NCBI GenBank assembly: GCA_964512025.1
Contig: CAZEHM010000009.1
Coordinates: forward strand, 3,162-67,161
Direction: 5' to 3'
DNA from: an uncultured Nitrospira sp.
GTDB taxonomy: Bacteria > Nitrospirota > Nitrospiria > Nitrospirales > Nitrospiraceae
Length of the DNA stretch: 64,000 nt
Shown here: positions 20,667-30,797 of the stretch, one piece after another
Numbering within the stretch: the stretch's first letter is position 1
Layout: the number at the start of each line of letters is the position of its first letter
Made by a program: the position numbers and the translations under genes
Notes under the pieces: generated by a model
The model's input: the letters and a program-made list of their open reading frames with translations, nothing else
What the model was told of the DNA's origin: nothing
The model's database searches: none

Positions 20667-21142
20667 CGTACTCCTGCAAATGCGGGATTCGCCCGCACAG
20701 TCCCTAGCTCCACAACTCGTGTGCCGCCGAGTCCTGGATAAGAGGCCGCTGCTCGAATCGTCACAAAACCCGCTGTATTGAGTGGCCCAAGCCGATCCAT
20801 AGCCACTGTCCATTTAAGCGTGATCCCGTCACGCTCCCACTGCCCCGTATAGACGCCATCCCCCGCAGACACATCGGCCCCCTGACCGTCATCCGCCATC
20901 GCCACATCCGGCCGGCCATCATGATCGAGATCATCCTGCAACATCGCCTCCCAACGCACGGACCGCTTTGCTTCCAATCGTCCTTGCGCAAACGATACTG
21001 CTCTCGTCTTCATCACCCCTTCTTGCGTCAACCGGGCAGACACCTGAAGAGCCGCCATGCCCCCCATCACAACGATCATTGAAATACTCATGGCTACGAC
21101 CACCTCCACAAGGCTGAAGCCCCTGTCGTCGGCACGCATCAT
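20663..21142 (-). CDS. PilV-like minor pilin with Asp-rich insert (set 2)
   Basis: RG|FSLVE; DLDHDGRPD and DDGQGADVSAGDGVYTG. Confidence 0.8.
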   Translation of the reverse strand: MMRADDRGFSLVEVVVAMSISMIVVMGGMAALQVSARLTQEGVMKTRAVSFAQGRLEAKRSVRWEAMLQDDLDHDGRPDVAMADDGQGADVSAGDGVYTGQWERDGITLKWTVAMDRLGPLNTAGFVTIRAAASYPGLGGTRVVELGTVRANPAFAGVR

Positions 21143-21570
21143 CGCATCGAGACCCGCCCGGTCAGACTCACCGTGATGGCACGGGTATGCCCCTGCCTGT
21201 TGCGAAATTGAATCGTGGTGGCAGTGGCCGACCGGCCGCTCGGATGAAAGACGACATCCGGTCCCGCGCTCGGTTCGTCGATCTCCAGCCCTTTGTGCTG
21301 ATACGACAACTGGTGATGTTGGACGCGGTCGCTGCCGACCTGCGCCACAATCGCCTCGCGGTCCTGGTCAAACACCAGCCGTACACGGTCTTGTTTTGAA
21401 ATCGCCCACTGCCTCGCCCAACGGAGTTCCGACGAAATCTGTTTTGCAAACACATCCGCCTCGATCCGCGCATTGAGCGCCATCAGATTCGGAACGGCCA
21501 GTGCAGACACCAGTCCGACAATCGCCATCGAGATTAGCGTTTCAACAAGACTGAACCCGTCCGCAGACAT
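21139..21570 (-). CDS. fimT: FimT/GspH-like minor pilin (set 2)
   Basis: DG|FSLVE; ELRWARQWA; VVFHPSGR; C-terminal LTGRVSMR. Confidence 0.8.
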   Translation of the reverse strand: MSADGFSLVETLISMAIVGLVSALAVPNLMALNARIEADVFAKQISSELRWARQWAISKQDRVRLVFDQDREAIVAQVGSDRVQHHQLSYQHKGLEIDEPSAGPDVVFHPSGRSATATTIQFRNRQGHTRAITVSLTGRVSMR

Positions 21571-21618
21571 CCATCTAGATTGTTTTCTTGCGTTACATCG
21601 GCTCATGACCGCTTGCTC

Positions 21619-21635
21619 TACAAGCACCGTGCCCA
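21619..21635 (-). promoter_or_regulatory. Sigma54-type promoter candidate for pilin set 2
   Basis: Minus strand TGGGCACGGTGCTTGTA: good -24 element, variant -12 (TTGT). Confidence 0.4.
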
Positions 21636-21839
21636 AATACGTACTCACCAACACGATATGAGCCGAAACAGAATAAGAGCAGCAAACCCCTTTGAATCTC
21701 AGGGTAAATGGAGGCGGAATTGAAGAAAGCGAACGCAAGACAGTGCTCTATCGTGCGCTAAACACCGTGACTGGGCGGATACAATGGAGAATGAAATAGA
21801 TACAGAGGAGAACGAACAGTCTAAACTATGCGAGGAAAG

Positions 21840-22610
21840 TCATCCTGCCAGAAGGCCTTGATACCACTCAAGGATGGGCATTCCAAAGAACAGTGAGACA
21901 ACGGCGCCCAAGACCAGAAAAGGGCCGAAGGGAATATACTCCTCGCGCGCGATGACCTTCGCCGCGAGCAGCGACACTCCGACGACCGACCCGACCAAGG
22001 ATCCGATCATAATCGTCATCAGGGCCAGCTTCCACCCCAGGAATGCTCCGATCATTGCCAGCAATTTGATATCTCCCCCGCCCATCCCTTCCTTGCCGAA
22101 TAGATAGGGACTGGCCCAGGCCAACAACCATAAAATGCCGCCGCCCACCAGAATCCCGATCAGGCTATTCAGCAGTCCCAATGGCAGAAGTACGGCACCA
22201 CTCACCAGCCCTAGCACGACCCCGGGATAGGTAACAGCGTTGGGAATAATTTTGTGAGACAGATCAGTCCCGGCCACCACGAGCAAGGCGGAAAAGAGAA
22301 CCGCATACACCGCCGCCTCGATCGTTGGACCGAAATGCCAGAGAATGGCGAGATATCCGGCTGTATTCAATACTTCGACAAGCGGGTAATGCAGCGGAAT
22401 CTTGACGGAACAGACGCGGCATCGACCGGCGAGTATTAGATAGCCCAGGATCGGCACGTTGTCATACCACGCAATCGGCTTGGAGCAGAAAGGACAATGT
22501 GATCCCGGCCAGACGATGGACTCCTGCCGAGGCAACCGGTAAATGCACACATTGAGAAAACTTCCAATGAGCGCCCCGAAGAGCCCCGCAATGAGAAAGA
22601 GTTGCCACAT
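21840..22610 (-). CDS. pilD: Prepilin peptidase/N-methyltransferase PilD
   Basis: GSFLNVCIYRLP, CPFC...CRVC, GGGDIKL, PFGPFL. Confidence 0.96.
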   Translation of the reverse strand: MWQLFLIAGLFGALIGSFLNVCIYRLPRQESIVWPGSHCPFCSKPIAWYDNVPILGYLILAGRCRVCSVKIPLHYPLVEVLNTAGYLAILWHFGPTIEAAVYAVLFSALLVVAGTDLSHKIIPNAVTYPGVVLGLVSGAVLLPLGLLNSLIGILVGGGILWLLAWASPYLFGKEGMGGGDIKLLAMIGAFLGWKLALMTIMIGSLVGSVVGVSLLAAKVIAREEYIPFGPFLVLGAVVSLFFGMPILEWYQGLLAG

Positions 22611-22723
22611 GCCGCGCCCCATCCCCTTTTGAAAATCCGAGACGAACTCCAATATCTCTCTAGCTGGTTACGAATACTCTTGTTTCCGTACTCAGTAACC
22701 CTACTAGGGCCATTGTGCTTTCA

Positions 22724-22752
22724 TTTACAGCTAATACAAAGATCTCTATACT
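22724..22752 (+). promoter_or_regulatory. Sigma70-type promoter of the orphan LuxR gene
   Basis: TTTACA-N17-TATACT. Confidence 0.55.
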
Positions 22753-22834
22753 TTTCCCCGCATTGCGCCTGAGGCGTAGGAATGCGGATCCAGTATACCT
22801 CAAGCCCCAGCGATTCAAAGGAGAACCGACGATT

Positions 22835-23113
22835 ATGGCCAAAGCCACCAGCAAGCCTCGGGTTCGCAAATCACTCGCCGACCTTGAGCCGCCGCCCCGT
22901 AAAAAACGGCCGGAGTCGCTGACCTCGCGTGAGCAGGAAATTCTTGAGCTGATCTGGGCCGGCTTTAAGAACAAAGAGATCGGCACACGGTTGAAAATCA
23001 GCGTGAAAACCGTGGAAGCGCACCGCGCGAACATGATGAAGAAGATGCGGGTGTCTAATACCGCGCAACTCTTGAAGAATGCGATTCAAGGCGGGATACT
23101 GAAGATCCGCTAG
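22835..23113 (+). CDS. Stand-alone LuxR-type HTH regulator
   Basis: LTSREQEILELI..G.KNKEIG..L.ISVKTVEAHRANMMKK; AAGGAG RBS. Confidence 0.9.
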   Translation: MAKATSKPRVRKSLADLEPPPRKKRPESLTSREQEILELIWAGFKNKEIGTRLKISVKTVEAHRANMMKKMRVSNTAQLLKNAIQGGILKIR

Positions 23114-23904
23114 CGCGAGCGGGTTGATGTCGGCAGGCTCCGCTGGCGCACCGCCTCAAACAGCGTCACCGCCGCAGAAGCTGAGACATTCAGAGACTGC
23201 ACGTGGCCCTTCATCGGAATGCGAATCCGTTCATCGCAATGTTGTAAGACTCCGGGGCGGATCCCCGCACCCTCTCCGCCGAAGACCAGCCCGACGGGCC
23301 CCCGGAGATCCACCTCGGTAAACAGCTTCGTCGCCGTCGGCTCCAGACCGTAGATCCAGACTCCGGCCGCTTTCAATGACTCCAGCAACCGGCTGGTATT
23401 CGTCACCCGCGCAACAGGAATGTGGTCGATCGCCCCGGCCGACACCTTCGCCACGACCGAGGTCAGTCCGGCCGCCCGCCGTTCCGGAATAAACACGCCA
23501 TGGACCCCGGCGCCTTCCGCAGTCCTGAGCACCGCGCCAAGATTATGCGGATCTTCCACGCCATCGAGAATCACGAGTAGCGGCGGCTCGCTCCGTTTGG
23601 CTGCGAGAGCCAGAATAGATTCTTCCGTCTGGTAGGCCTTCGCCGCGGCAAAGGCCACGATGCCCTGATGCCTCCCGCCGGGAGCCAGCCGATCGAGAGA
23701 CGCGAGCGGCTGAATATGGACCGGCACATGCAGCGCCCTGGCCAACTGCACCAATTCCGCGAACTGCTTATCCGTACGAATCACGTGCAGCCGCTGCAAC
23801 GGCCTGCTACCGGCCTTCAGCGCTTCTCGAACCGCATGGAGACCATAGAGAATCTCCTGATCGTCATCGTTTCCATCGGCTGGTGCCGTCTGGCTTGTCT
23901 TCAA
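23110..23904 (-). CDS. rlmB: 23S rRNA Gm2251 methyltransferase RlmB
   Basis: HQGI, DPHNLGAVLR, GGEGAG, SLNVS; probable TTG start inside the cysS 3' end. Confidence 0.93.
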   Translation of the reverse strand: MKTSQTAPADGNDDDQEILYGLHAVREALKAGSRPLQRLHVIRTDKQFAELVQLARALHVPVHIQPLASLDRLAPGGRHQGIVAFAAAKAYQTEESILALAAKRSEPPLLVILDGVEDPHNLGAVLRTAEGAGVHGVFIPERRAAGLTSVVAKVSAGAIDHIPVARVTNTSRLLESLKAAGVWIYGLEPTATKLFTEVDLRGPVGLVFGGEGAGIRPGVLQHCDERIRIPMKGHVQSLNVSASAAVTLFEAVRQRSLPTSTRSR

Positions 23905-25297
23905 TGACGATCCCTTGGGCGGCCAGTTCCGCTCGAATGGCGTCGGCTCGCTTGAAGTCTTTCCGCTTTTTGGCTTCCGTTCGTTCGGCAATTTGTTTCT
24001 CAATCTCGACCTCACTGGTGAGGGGATGCAGTCCCCCGGCTTCGACGTTGAAGATCCAATGATTCAACCGGAACAATCCCAACACCCCGCCTAGCGATCG
24101 AAAAGTCTCTCTGGCCGTATCTCGTGCATGTTTCGACAAGCCGTCGGCCAGCAGTTTATTCACATCGCTGCGCAGCCCTTGCAACGCCGCTATCGCCATC
24201 GGTGTATTGAAATCGTCATCCATCGCCGTTCGAAAAGCGGCCGTGCATCGCGCGATTGCCGGATTCAGCCCTTCATCTCCTGACGCATTCCCGCCGGTCT
24301 CGGCCAGCCGGGCAAAGAGATCATAGAACCCATTCACCGCATTCTTCGCTTCTTTCAAGGCGTGATCGGAAAAATCCAGCGGACCTCGATAGTGCGTCGC
24401 CAGCAGGAAATACCGCAACATTTCTCCGGTTTCCGCTTCCGGCCATTCCGACTTCTCGAAGATTTCTCTGATCGTGAAGAAGTTCCCCAGCGACTTGGAC
24501 ATCTTCTCCTGGTTGATCTGCACAAACCCGTTGTGCAGCCAGTACCGTGCGAACTCTTTGCCCGTGGCTCCACATGATTGGGCGATTTCGTTTTCATGGT
24601 GCGGGAAAATCAGATCCATCCCGCCGCCGTGAATATCGAACGTTTCGCCCAGATGCCGAATGGACATGGCGGAACATTCGATGTGCCACCCCGGCCGTCC
24701 TTCTCCCCACGGGCTCGGCCAGGCCGGCTCGCCCGGCTTGGCGCTTTTCCACAGAGCGAAGTCCATCGGGTGACGCTTCCGCTCATCCACATCGACGCGA
24801 GCGCCGGCTTGCAGATCGTCTAATTTCCGCTTCGACAGCCGTCCGTAATCGGGATACTTCGCGACTTCGAAATACACGTCCCCATCCACCTGATAAGCGA
24901 GGCCCTTCGCGATCAGGGTTTCGGTCAGCCGAACGATCTCGGCCATATGCTCAGTCGCTTTGGGTTCGATCGACGCGGGACGCACACCCAGTCGTCCCAT
25001 GTCATCGTGGTAGGCCTGAATAAATTTCGCCGTAATGGCGTCGCAGCTCACCCCCTGCTCATTGGCGCGCTTGATGATCTTGTCATCGACATCGGTGAAG
25101 TTCTTGGCAAAGTCGACATGAAAGCCAGAATATTCCAGATAGCGCCGGACCACATCGAACACCAAGGCACTGCGCGCATGCCCGATGTGGCAATAATCAT
25201 AGACCGTCACCCCGCACACATACATGCGCGCGGTTCCCGGCACGAGCGGTTCAAACGTTTCCTTCTTCCCCGTCAGGGTGTTGTACAGTTTGAGCAT
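23864..25297 (-). CDS. cysS: Cysteine--tRNA ligase
   Basis: CGVTVYD, HIGH, GRPGWHIEC, KMSKS. Confidence 0.98.
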   Translation of the reverse strand: MLKLYNTLTGKKETFEPLVPGTARMYVCGVTVYDYCHIGHARSALVFDVVRRYLEYSGFHVDFAKNFTDVDDKIIKRANEQGVSCDAITAKFIQAYHDDMGRLGVRPASIEPKATEHMAEIVRLTETLIAKGLAYQVDGDVYFEVAKYPDYGRLSKRKLDDLQAGARVDVDERKRHPMDFALWKSAKPGEPAWPSPWGEGRPGWHIECSAMSIRHLGETFDIHGGGMDLIFPHHENEIAQSCGATGKEFARYWLHNGFVQINQEKMSKSLGNFFTIREIFEKSEWPEAETGEMLRYFLLATHYRGPLDFSDHALKEAKNAVNGFYDLFARLAETGGNASGDEGLNPAIARCTAAFRTAMDDDFNTPMAIAALQGLRSDVNKLLADGLSKHARDTARETFRSLGGVLGLFRLNHWIFNVEAGGLHPLTSEVEIEKQIAERTEAKKRKDFKRADAIRAELAAQGIVIEDKPDGTSRWKR

Positions 25298-25306
25298 GCA
25301 ATCAAC

Positions 25307-25945
25307 CTATGGCAGTGTCGCACGACGCTTGGGCCAGTGAGACCAGATGAACAATCCGATGATGACAGCGAGCACCACGCCGATCACAATATCAAACCGG
25401 TGAAAATAATCCCGAAGCTCTTCCCATCGCTCTCCCATCTTTAATCCGATATATGCGAGGAGATAACACCAGGGCAAGGCGCCGAGAAACGTAAACAGCA
25501 CAAACCGCGGAAAATTCATCCGCGCAATGCCGGCCGGCAAGGAAATGAACGTGCGCACCACCGGAAGCATCCGGCTGAAAAACACCGCGGCTTCACCGTA
25601 TTTCAGAAACCAGCGATCGGCAATATCGAGATCGCGATGCGAGACCAGGAAATACGGTCCGTAGCGCTCGACAAACGGACGTCCTCCCCAAATTCCCGCG
25701 TAGTAGGCGACGACCGACCCGACGACATTTCCCACCGCCCCGGCCAACGTCACCCCGATCATCGTGAACTGCCCGGACAAGACCAGATAGCCGGAAAACG
25801 GCATGATAATCTCGCTGGGCAACGGAATACAGGCACTCTCGACAGCCATGGTGAACAGAATTCCGGCATAGCCGAATCGGGAAATGCAGGCGATGACGAA
25901 GCGGCTCAGTTCACCGATGATCGCTTCAAGGAGACTTCCAATCAC
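25307..25945 (-). CDS. dedA: DedA-family membrane protein
   Basis: PLPSEIIMPFSG; SRMLPVVRTFISLPAG. Confidence 0.92.
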   Translation of the reverse strand: MIGSLLEAIIGELSRFVIACISRFGYAGILFTMAVESACIPLPSEIIMPFSGYLVLSGQFTMIGVTLAGAVGNVVGSVVAYYAGIWGGRPFVERYGPYFLVSHRDLDIADRWFLKYGEAAVFFSRMLPVVRTFISLPAGIARMNFPRFVLFTFLGALPWCYLLAYIGLKMGERWEELRDYFHRFDIVIGVVLAVIIGLFIWSHWPKRRATLP

Positions 25946-25948
25946 CGA

Positions 25949-26752
25949 TCAGCCCTTCCGCCGTAAAGCTGACTGCGCGCGCGGCTTGGTCCGCACCGAT
26001 TGATTCTGGATCATCGGTTCCCAGGCCCGAAAGTGGTCGAGCACGGCATAGTTGGTACAGTCCAGGTGAATCGGCGTCACTGACACACGCCCCTCTTCAA
26101 TCGCTTTATGATCGGCCTGCTTACTCCGGCTCCAGGAGACCCGCGTCCCGGCAATCCAGAAATATGGCCGGCCATGCGGATCAAGCTTCTCGATAATGGG
26201 GTTATGAAAGCGCCGGCGACTGAGGCACGTGACCTGAACTCCTTTGATAGCGCGCAGCGCGCGGTTCGGCACATTCACATTGAGCAACGTTTCCTCGGGC
26301 AGGCCTCGTTCCAGCGCAAGCCGGACAATGCGCGCCGCATAGTCGGCGGCAACGGGAAACCGGAAGGTTTCCCGCCCCTCCTGCGACACCGCAATCGAGG
26401 GCACACCCAGAATGGTTCCCTCCATCGCGGCAGAAACCGTCCCTGAATAGAGCACGTCATCACCGAGATTGACGCCCTTATTGATTCCGGATACCACGAT
26501 ATGCGGGGGCTTCGGCAGAACCTTGAGCAACGCCAAGTTCACACAATCCACCGGCGTGCCGTTCACGGAAAATGTGCGAGGAGCCAGGCGATGCAGACGA
26601 AGCGGTTTATGCAGCGTCACGGCATGGGCGACGGCGGTGCGTTCCCGGTCGGGAGCCACGACCCACACTTCGCCGAGCGGTTTGAGCGCATCAGCCAACG
26701 CCGTCAGACCCGGCGAGTCAATCCCATCGTCGTTGGTGACTAAAATTCTCAT
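25949..26752 (-). CDS. surE: 5'/3'-nucleotidase SurE
   Basis: ILVTNDDG, GTPVDCV, SGINKGVNLG, YSGTV. Confidence 0.97.
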   Translation of the reverse strand: MRILVTNDDGIDSPGLTALADALKPLGEVWVVAPDRERTAVAHAVTLHKPLRLHRLAPRTFSVNGTPVDCVNLALLKVLPKPPHIVVSGINKGVNLGDDVLYSGTVSAAMEGTILGVPSIAVSQEGRETFRFPVAADYAARIVRLALERGLPEETLLNVNVPNRALRAIKGVQVTCLSRRRFHNPIIEKLDPHGRPYFWIAGTRVSWSRSKQADHKAIEEGRVSVTPIHLDCTNYAVLDHFRAWEPMIQNQSVRTKPRAQSALRRKG

Positions 26753-26766
26753 GAGATTCCAGTCAT

Positions 26767-26793
26767 AAAAAAAGCTGCGTGAAGCAGCTTTTT
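26767..26793 (-). terminator. Intrinsic terminator after tRNA-Pro
   Basis: Minus strand AAAAAGCTGC-TTCAC-GCAGCTTTTTTT. Confidence 0.7.
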
Positions 26794-26871
26794 CTCCATC
26801 CCTCCGGCCGACGGAAAGGCCGCGCCACTATCGCCGCCTCATGCTCAGCCGCCAAGGGGATCTGAAAAGAT

Positions 26872-26948
26872 TGGTCGGGGCGGCGGGATTTGAACCCACG
26901 ACCACTCGCACCCCAAGCGAGTACGCTACCGGGCTGCGCTACGCCCCG
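26872..26948 (-). tRNA. tRNA-Pro (anticodon GGG)
   Basis: CGGGGCGTAGCGCAGCCCGGTAGCG...CTCGC-TTGGGGT-GCGAG...GGTTCAAATCC...CCCCGACCA; 77 nt with encoded CCA. Confidence 0.97.
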
Positions 26949-27027
26949 ACATCTTTCTCATATGCTTAGTAGGTCTCTATTGTCGCTTGTGTAACCCTGG
27001 AAAGGCAATGGGGATGTTATAGAAGAC

Positions 27028-27378
27028 TTATCGTGAATGTGCCTCGATAATCTTTACAATGGCCTGAAGATCCCCGCGAAGCTTCTTGGCCAGCTCTTGA
27101 GGGGTCAGCTTTCGAGCCGCCGCCCGCCCACGTCTGGCCCAATACCGTTTCACTCCCTCCAGCGTATGCCCTTCATCGTACAGCATCCGCTTGATTTCAA
27201 GGACCGTCTCAATATCCCGACGAACATACAGACGCTGATTGCCTCGACTTTTCTTCGGACTCAGGAATTTAAACTCGGATTCCCAAAAGCGTAGCACGTA
27301 GGCAGGGAGCTTTGTCAGTTGACTCACCTCCCCGATTTTATAAAAAACTTTACTACCCAGCCTGGGTTCAATCCCCAT
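27028..27378 (-). CDS. MerR-family regulator
   Basis: YKIGEVS...VLRFWESEF...GNQRLY; typical ihfA-merR-tRNA-Pro arrangement. Confidence 0.92.
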   Translation of the reverse strand: MGIEPRLGSKVFYKIGEVSQLTKLPAYVLRFWESEFKFLSPKKSRGNQRLYVRRDIETVLEIKRMLYDEGHTLEGVKRYWARRGRAAARKLTPQELAKKLRGDLQAIVKIIEAHSR

Positions 27379-27421
27379 GACCGGCCCTCATACTGCGGTC
27401 GCGATCCGGGTCTCGCGAGAG

Positions 27422-27697
27422 CTACGAATTGACGTACTTCTTAAAGACTTGGCTTGGGCGGAATGTAACGACGCGACGCGGGGTAATCCCAATTTCTTCT
27501 CCTGTACGAGGATTGCGCCCCTTGCGAGAACCTTTGCTGCGCACGACGAAATTACCGAACCCTGCGATCTTCACCGATTCACCTTTTTGCAACACCGACT
27601 TGAGGAGATTGAGCACAAGTTCGACGATATCGGCCGCCTCATTTTTCGAAATTCCAACCTGCTTGAAAATCTCGTTCGCGATATCAGCCTTTCTCAT
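27422..27697 (-). CDS. ihfA: Integration host factor alpha
   Basis: VKIAGFGNF..RSK..RKGRNPRTGEEI...RRVVTFRPS. Confidence 0.92.
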   Translation of the reverse strand: MRKADIANEIFKQVGISKNEAADIVELVLNLLKSVLQKGESVKIAGFGNFVVRSKGSRKGRNPRTGEEIGITPRRVVTFRPSQVFKKYVNS

Positions 27698-27779
27698 GCC
27701 ACCCCCCTCCGTAACCACTGCACATTTCCATCACGCAACCTCCGATGAAGCCGCACTCTAAAGACGGAAAGTTCTGCTT

Positions 27780-27808
27780 AAGTTACGTGAGGTTACGAGT
27801 TCTGTCAA
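27780..27808 (-). promoter_or_regulatory. Sigma70-type promoter of ihfA
   Basis: Minus strand TTGACA-N17-TAACTT. Confidence 0.55.
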
Positions 27809-27842
27809 GAATAAACATTGGCGGGCAGGAGGCGGGAGTTCG

Positions 27843-29492
27843 CTACCGTTTGGAAAGAAGCTTGTACTCGATACTATCCGCTAAGGCTTGCCAGGTGGCT
27901 TCGATGATATTCTCTGACACTCCGACCGTTCCCCACTTATCTTTATGGTCGCCGGATTCGATCAGCACCCGCACCTTCGACTCAGTGCCTTTATTGGCTG
28001 CGAGGACTCGAACTTTGTAGTCAAGCAGCTTCACTTCTTGCAGCTGCGGATAGAATTTTTCCAACGCTTTACGCAGCGCATGGTCCAGCGCATTGACCGG
28101 TCCGGCCCCTACAGCTGCCGTATGTTCGACCACCCCGCCGACCTTGACCATCACAGTCGCCTCTGAAAGCGGGGCACCGTCCTCCTGCTGTTTCTCCACA
28201 ATCACGCGGAAGCCCAACAATTGAAACGCAGGCTTATGCGTTCCCATTGCCTTGCGCATCAACAACTCGAACGAGCCCTCGGCTCCTTCAAATTGATAGC
28301 CCTGACTTTCCCGTTCCTTCAACGTATCGATCAGTTCCTGCACCTTCGAATGGTCTTTGGCCAGCGTGATGCCATAGGCTTCGATCTTGTCCAGCAGCCC
28401 GCTCCGGCCCGCATAATCCGACACCAGCACGCGCTGGCGATTGCCGACTCTGGTCGGATCGATATGCTCATACGTCAATGCATTCTTGAGCACGGCATGA
28501 ATATGAACGCCGCCCTTGTGCGCGAATGCCGAATCACCCACATAGGGTTGATGCTTATTGGGCATCAAGTTCGCGATTTCTGTGACAAACCCCGAGACAT
28601 CCTTCAAATGACTGAGCCGGTCACCGAGCGCCGGACGCCGCATCTTCAGTTCAAGATTGGGAATGATCGAACACAGATTGGCATTTCCGCACCGCTCACC
28701 GATCCCGTTGATCGTCCCCTGCACTTGAACAATGCCGGTCTCGATGGCCACCAGCGAGTTGGCCACGGCCATTTCACAATCATTGTGCGCATGAATGCCG
28801 AGCGGCACCTGGATTTCCTGACGCACCACTTCGCAGATTGCCCGGATCTCCCACGGCATCGCTCCGCCGTTCGTATCGCAGAGAATGACCCGCTCAGCCC
28901 CCGCCTCCACTGCTTTGCGAATCGTGTTCAGCGCGTACTCCGGATTCGTCTTGTACCCGTCGAAGAAATGCTCGGCATCGTAAAACACCCGCCGGCCCTT
29001 ACTCTTCAGATGCGCGATCGAGTCGCCGATCAATTCCAGATTTTTCGCCAATGAGATCCCGAGCGCATCGGTTACATGCAGCGACCACGTCTTCCCGAAC
29101 AGTGTGATGGTTTTGGTTTGCGCCGCAAGAAGGGCCTGGAGATTTTGGTCTTTATGCACGGAATTGCTGGCTTTGCGCGTCGATCCGAACGCGATGAGCG
29201 ACGCATGTTTCAGCGGCGTCGTCTTCATGATCCGGAAGAACTCGATGTCCTTCGGATTGGCTCCAGGCCAGCCGCCTTCGATGTAATGCACCCCCAGCTC
29301 GTCCAGTTTTTGGGCGACCCGCACCTTGTCTTCGGCGGAAAAACTGACATCTTCAGCCTGCGCACCATCGCGTAAGGTCGTATCGTAAATTTCCAGTGCG
29401 GCGGCACGATGGGCAGAGAGGGCGGGGATCACGAGAGGCTCGTCAGGAGTGGCCTGACGAGCTGAACGGGTCTGTCTGGATTTTCGAGCCAT
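27843..29492 (-). CDS. cimA: Citramalate synthase
   Basis: [40 protein letters not shown]-terminal regulatory domain. Confidence 0.9.
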   Translation of the reverse strand: MARKSRQTRSARQATPDEPLVIPALSAHRAAALEIYDTTLRDGAQAEDVSFSAEDKVRVAQKLDELGVHYIEGGWPGANPKDIEFFRIMKTTPLKHASLIAFGSTRKASNSVHKDQNLQALLAAQTKTITLFGKTWSLHVTDALGISLAKNLELIGDSIAHLKSKGRRVFYDAEHFFDGYKTNPEYALNTIRKAVEAGAERVILCDTNGGAMPWEIRAICEVVRQEIQVPLGIHAHNDCEMAVANSLVAIETGIVQVQGTINGIGERCGNANLCSIIPNLELKMRRPALGDRLSHLKDVSGFVTEIANLMPNKHQPYVGDSAFAHKGGVHIHAVLKNALTYEHIDPTRVGNRQRVLVSDYAGRSGLLDKIEAYGITLAKDHSKVQELIDTLKERESQGYQFEGAEGSFELLMRKAMGTHKPAFQLLGFRVIVEKQQEDGAPLSEATVMVKVGGVVEHTAAVGAGPVNALDHALRKALEKFYPQLQEVKLLDYKVRVLAANKGTESKVRVLIESGDHKDKWGTVGVSENIIEATWQALADSIEYKLLSKR

Positions 29493-29551
29493 ACGGCAAA
29501 AGGTAACAGGAGACGGGGGGATCTGTCGAGCGGAGACCAGCCAGATCCGCG

Positions 29552-30793
29552 TTACTTGTTCTGGCGATCTCCTTGCGTCACCCGATCGAGGCCAAAGGCC
29601 GTATGCAGCGACCGCATGGCCAATTCCAAATATTTCTCCTCGATGACGCAGGAAATTTTGATCTCCGACGTGCTGATCATCATGATATTGACCCCCTCGC
29701 GCGACAACACTTCGAACATCTTCGCGGCAACGCCCGAGTGCGAGCGCATCCCCACGCCGATCAGCGAAACCTTGGCGATCGCTTCGGTGATCGACACGGT
29801 TCTGGCGCCGACATCTTTGGCCACGCTCTGGAGCAACGGAGTGGCCGTGCGCAAGTCCGCACGGGGAACGGTGAAGGACAAATCGGTCAGCGCATCCTGA
29901 CTCACATTCTGGATGATCATATCGACATTGACGTTGGCCTGCGCCACGGGCCCGAAAATTTTCGCTGCGATCCCGGGTTTGTCCGGAACGCCGACCATCG
30001 TAATCTTTGCCTGGTTCCGGTCTCCCGTGACTCCGGCCACCGCCACGGCTTCCATATCCGCATCTTCACGTGTCACGAGAGTCCCCTTTCCTTCCTTAAA
30101 GCTCGAATTCACCTCAACCGGGACATTGAATTTCGCGGCAAACTCCACCGATCGAGCCTGCAACACTTTGGCGCCGAGACTGGCCATTTCCAACATTTCT
30201 TCGTATGAAATCTTATCAATCCTCCGCGCCGCCGGCACCACATTGGGATCAGCAGTATAGACGCCGTCCACATCGGTAAAGATGATACACCGGTCGGCCT
30301 TCAACGCCGCAGCCAGCGCTACCGCCGAAAGATCAGACCCGCCGCGACCAAGTGTCGTGACATCCGACTGTTCATTGATCCCCTGGAACCCGGCCACCAC
30401 AGGAATGATGCCTTTGGCCAACGCCTCGCGAAGCCGTTCGGCAGACACCCGTGCAATCCTGGCTTTCGTATGGGAACTATCCGTCACAATGCCAACCTGA
30501 CGTCCGGTATAGGAACGCGCGTTGAGCCCGCGGGCGCGAAGATCCATCGCCAAAAGCGCCACTGTCACGCGCTCCCCCGTAGACAGGAGCATATCCATCT
30601 CCCGCTCATCGGGCATGGGGGCCGCTTCATGCGCAAGCTTGATCAATCGATCGGTCTCTCCGCTCATCGCGGACAGAACCACGACCACCTGGTCGCCGGC
30701 GCGGTGCGACTGAGCGACCCGTTCCGCAACGCGATGGATCCGTTCGATATTGCCGACCGACGTCCCGCCGTATTTCTGAACAATCAATGCCAC
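29552..30793 (-). CDS. lysC: Aspartate kinase
   Basis: [15 protein letters not shown], two ACT domains, STSEIKIS. Confidence 0.96.
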   Translation of the reverse strand: MALIVQKYGGTSVGNIERIHRVAERVAQSHRAGDQVVVVLSAMSGETDRLIKLAHEAAPMPDEREMDMLLSTGERVTVALLAMDLRARGLNARSYTGRQVGIVTDSSHTKARIARVSAERLREALAKGIIPVVAGFQGINEQSDVTTLGRGGSDLSAVALAAALKADRCIIFTDVDGVYTADPNVVPAARRIDKISYEEMLEMASLGAKVLQARSVEFAAKFNVPVEVNSSFKEGKGTLVTREDADMEAVAVAGVTGDRNQAKITMVGVPDKPGIAAKIFGPVAQANVNVDMIIQNVSQDALTDLSFTVPRADLRTATPLLQSVAKDVGARTVSITEAIAKVSLIGVGMRSHSGVAAKMFEVLSREGVNIMMISTSEIKISCVIEEKYLELAMRSLHTAFGLDRVTQGDRQNK

Positions 30794-30797
30794 CGAC

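Noticed and set aside
26760..27030. tRNA-Pro as an integration site
   Set aside because: No integrase and no duplicated tRNA 3' end; core genes lie on both sides.
27793..27802. TTACGAGTTC shared between the ihfA promoter and 43796-43805
   Set aside because: A 10-mer match among several kb of intergenic DNA is expected by chance.
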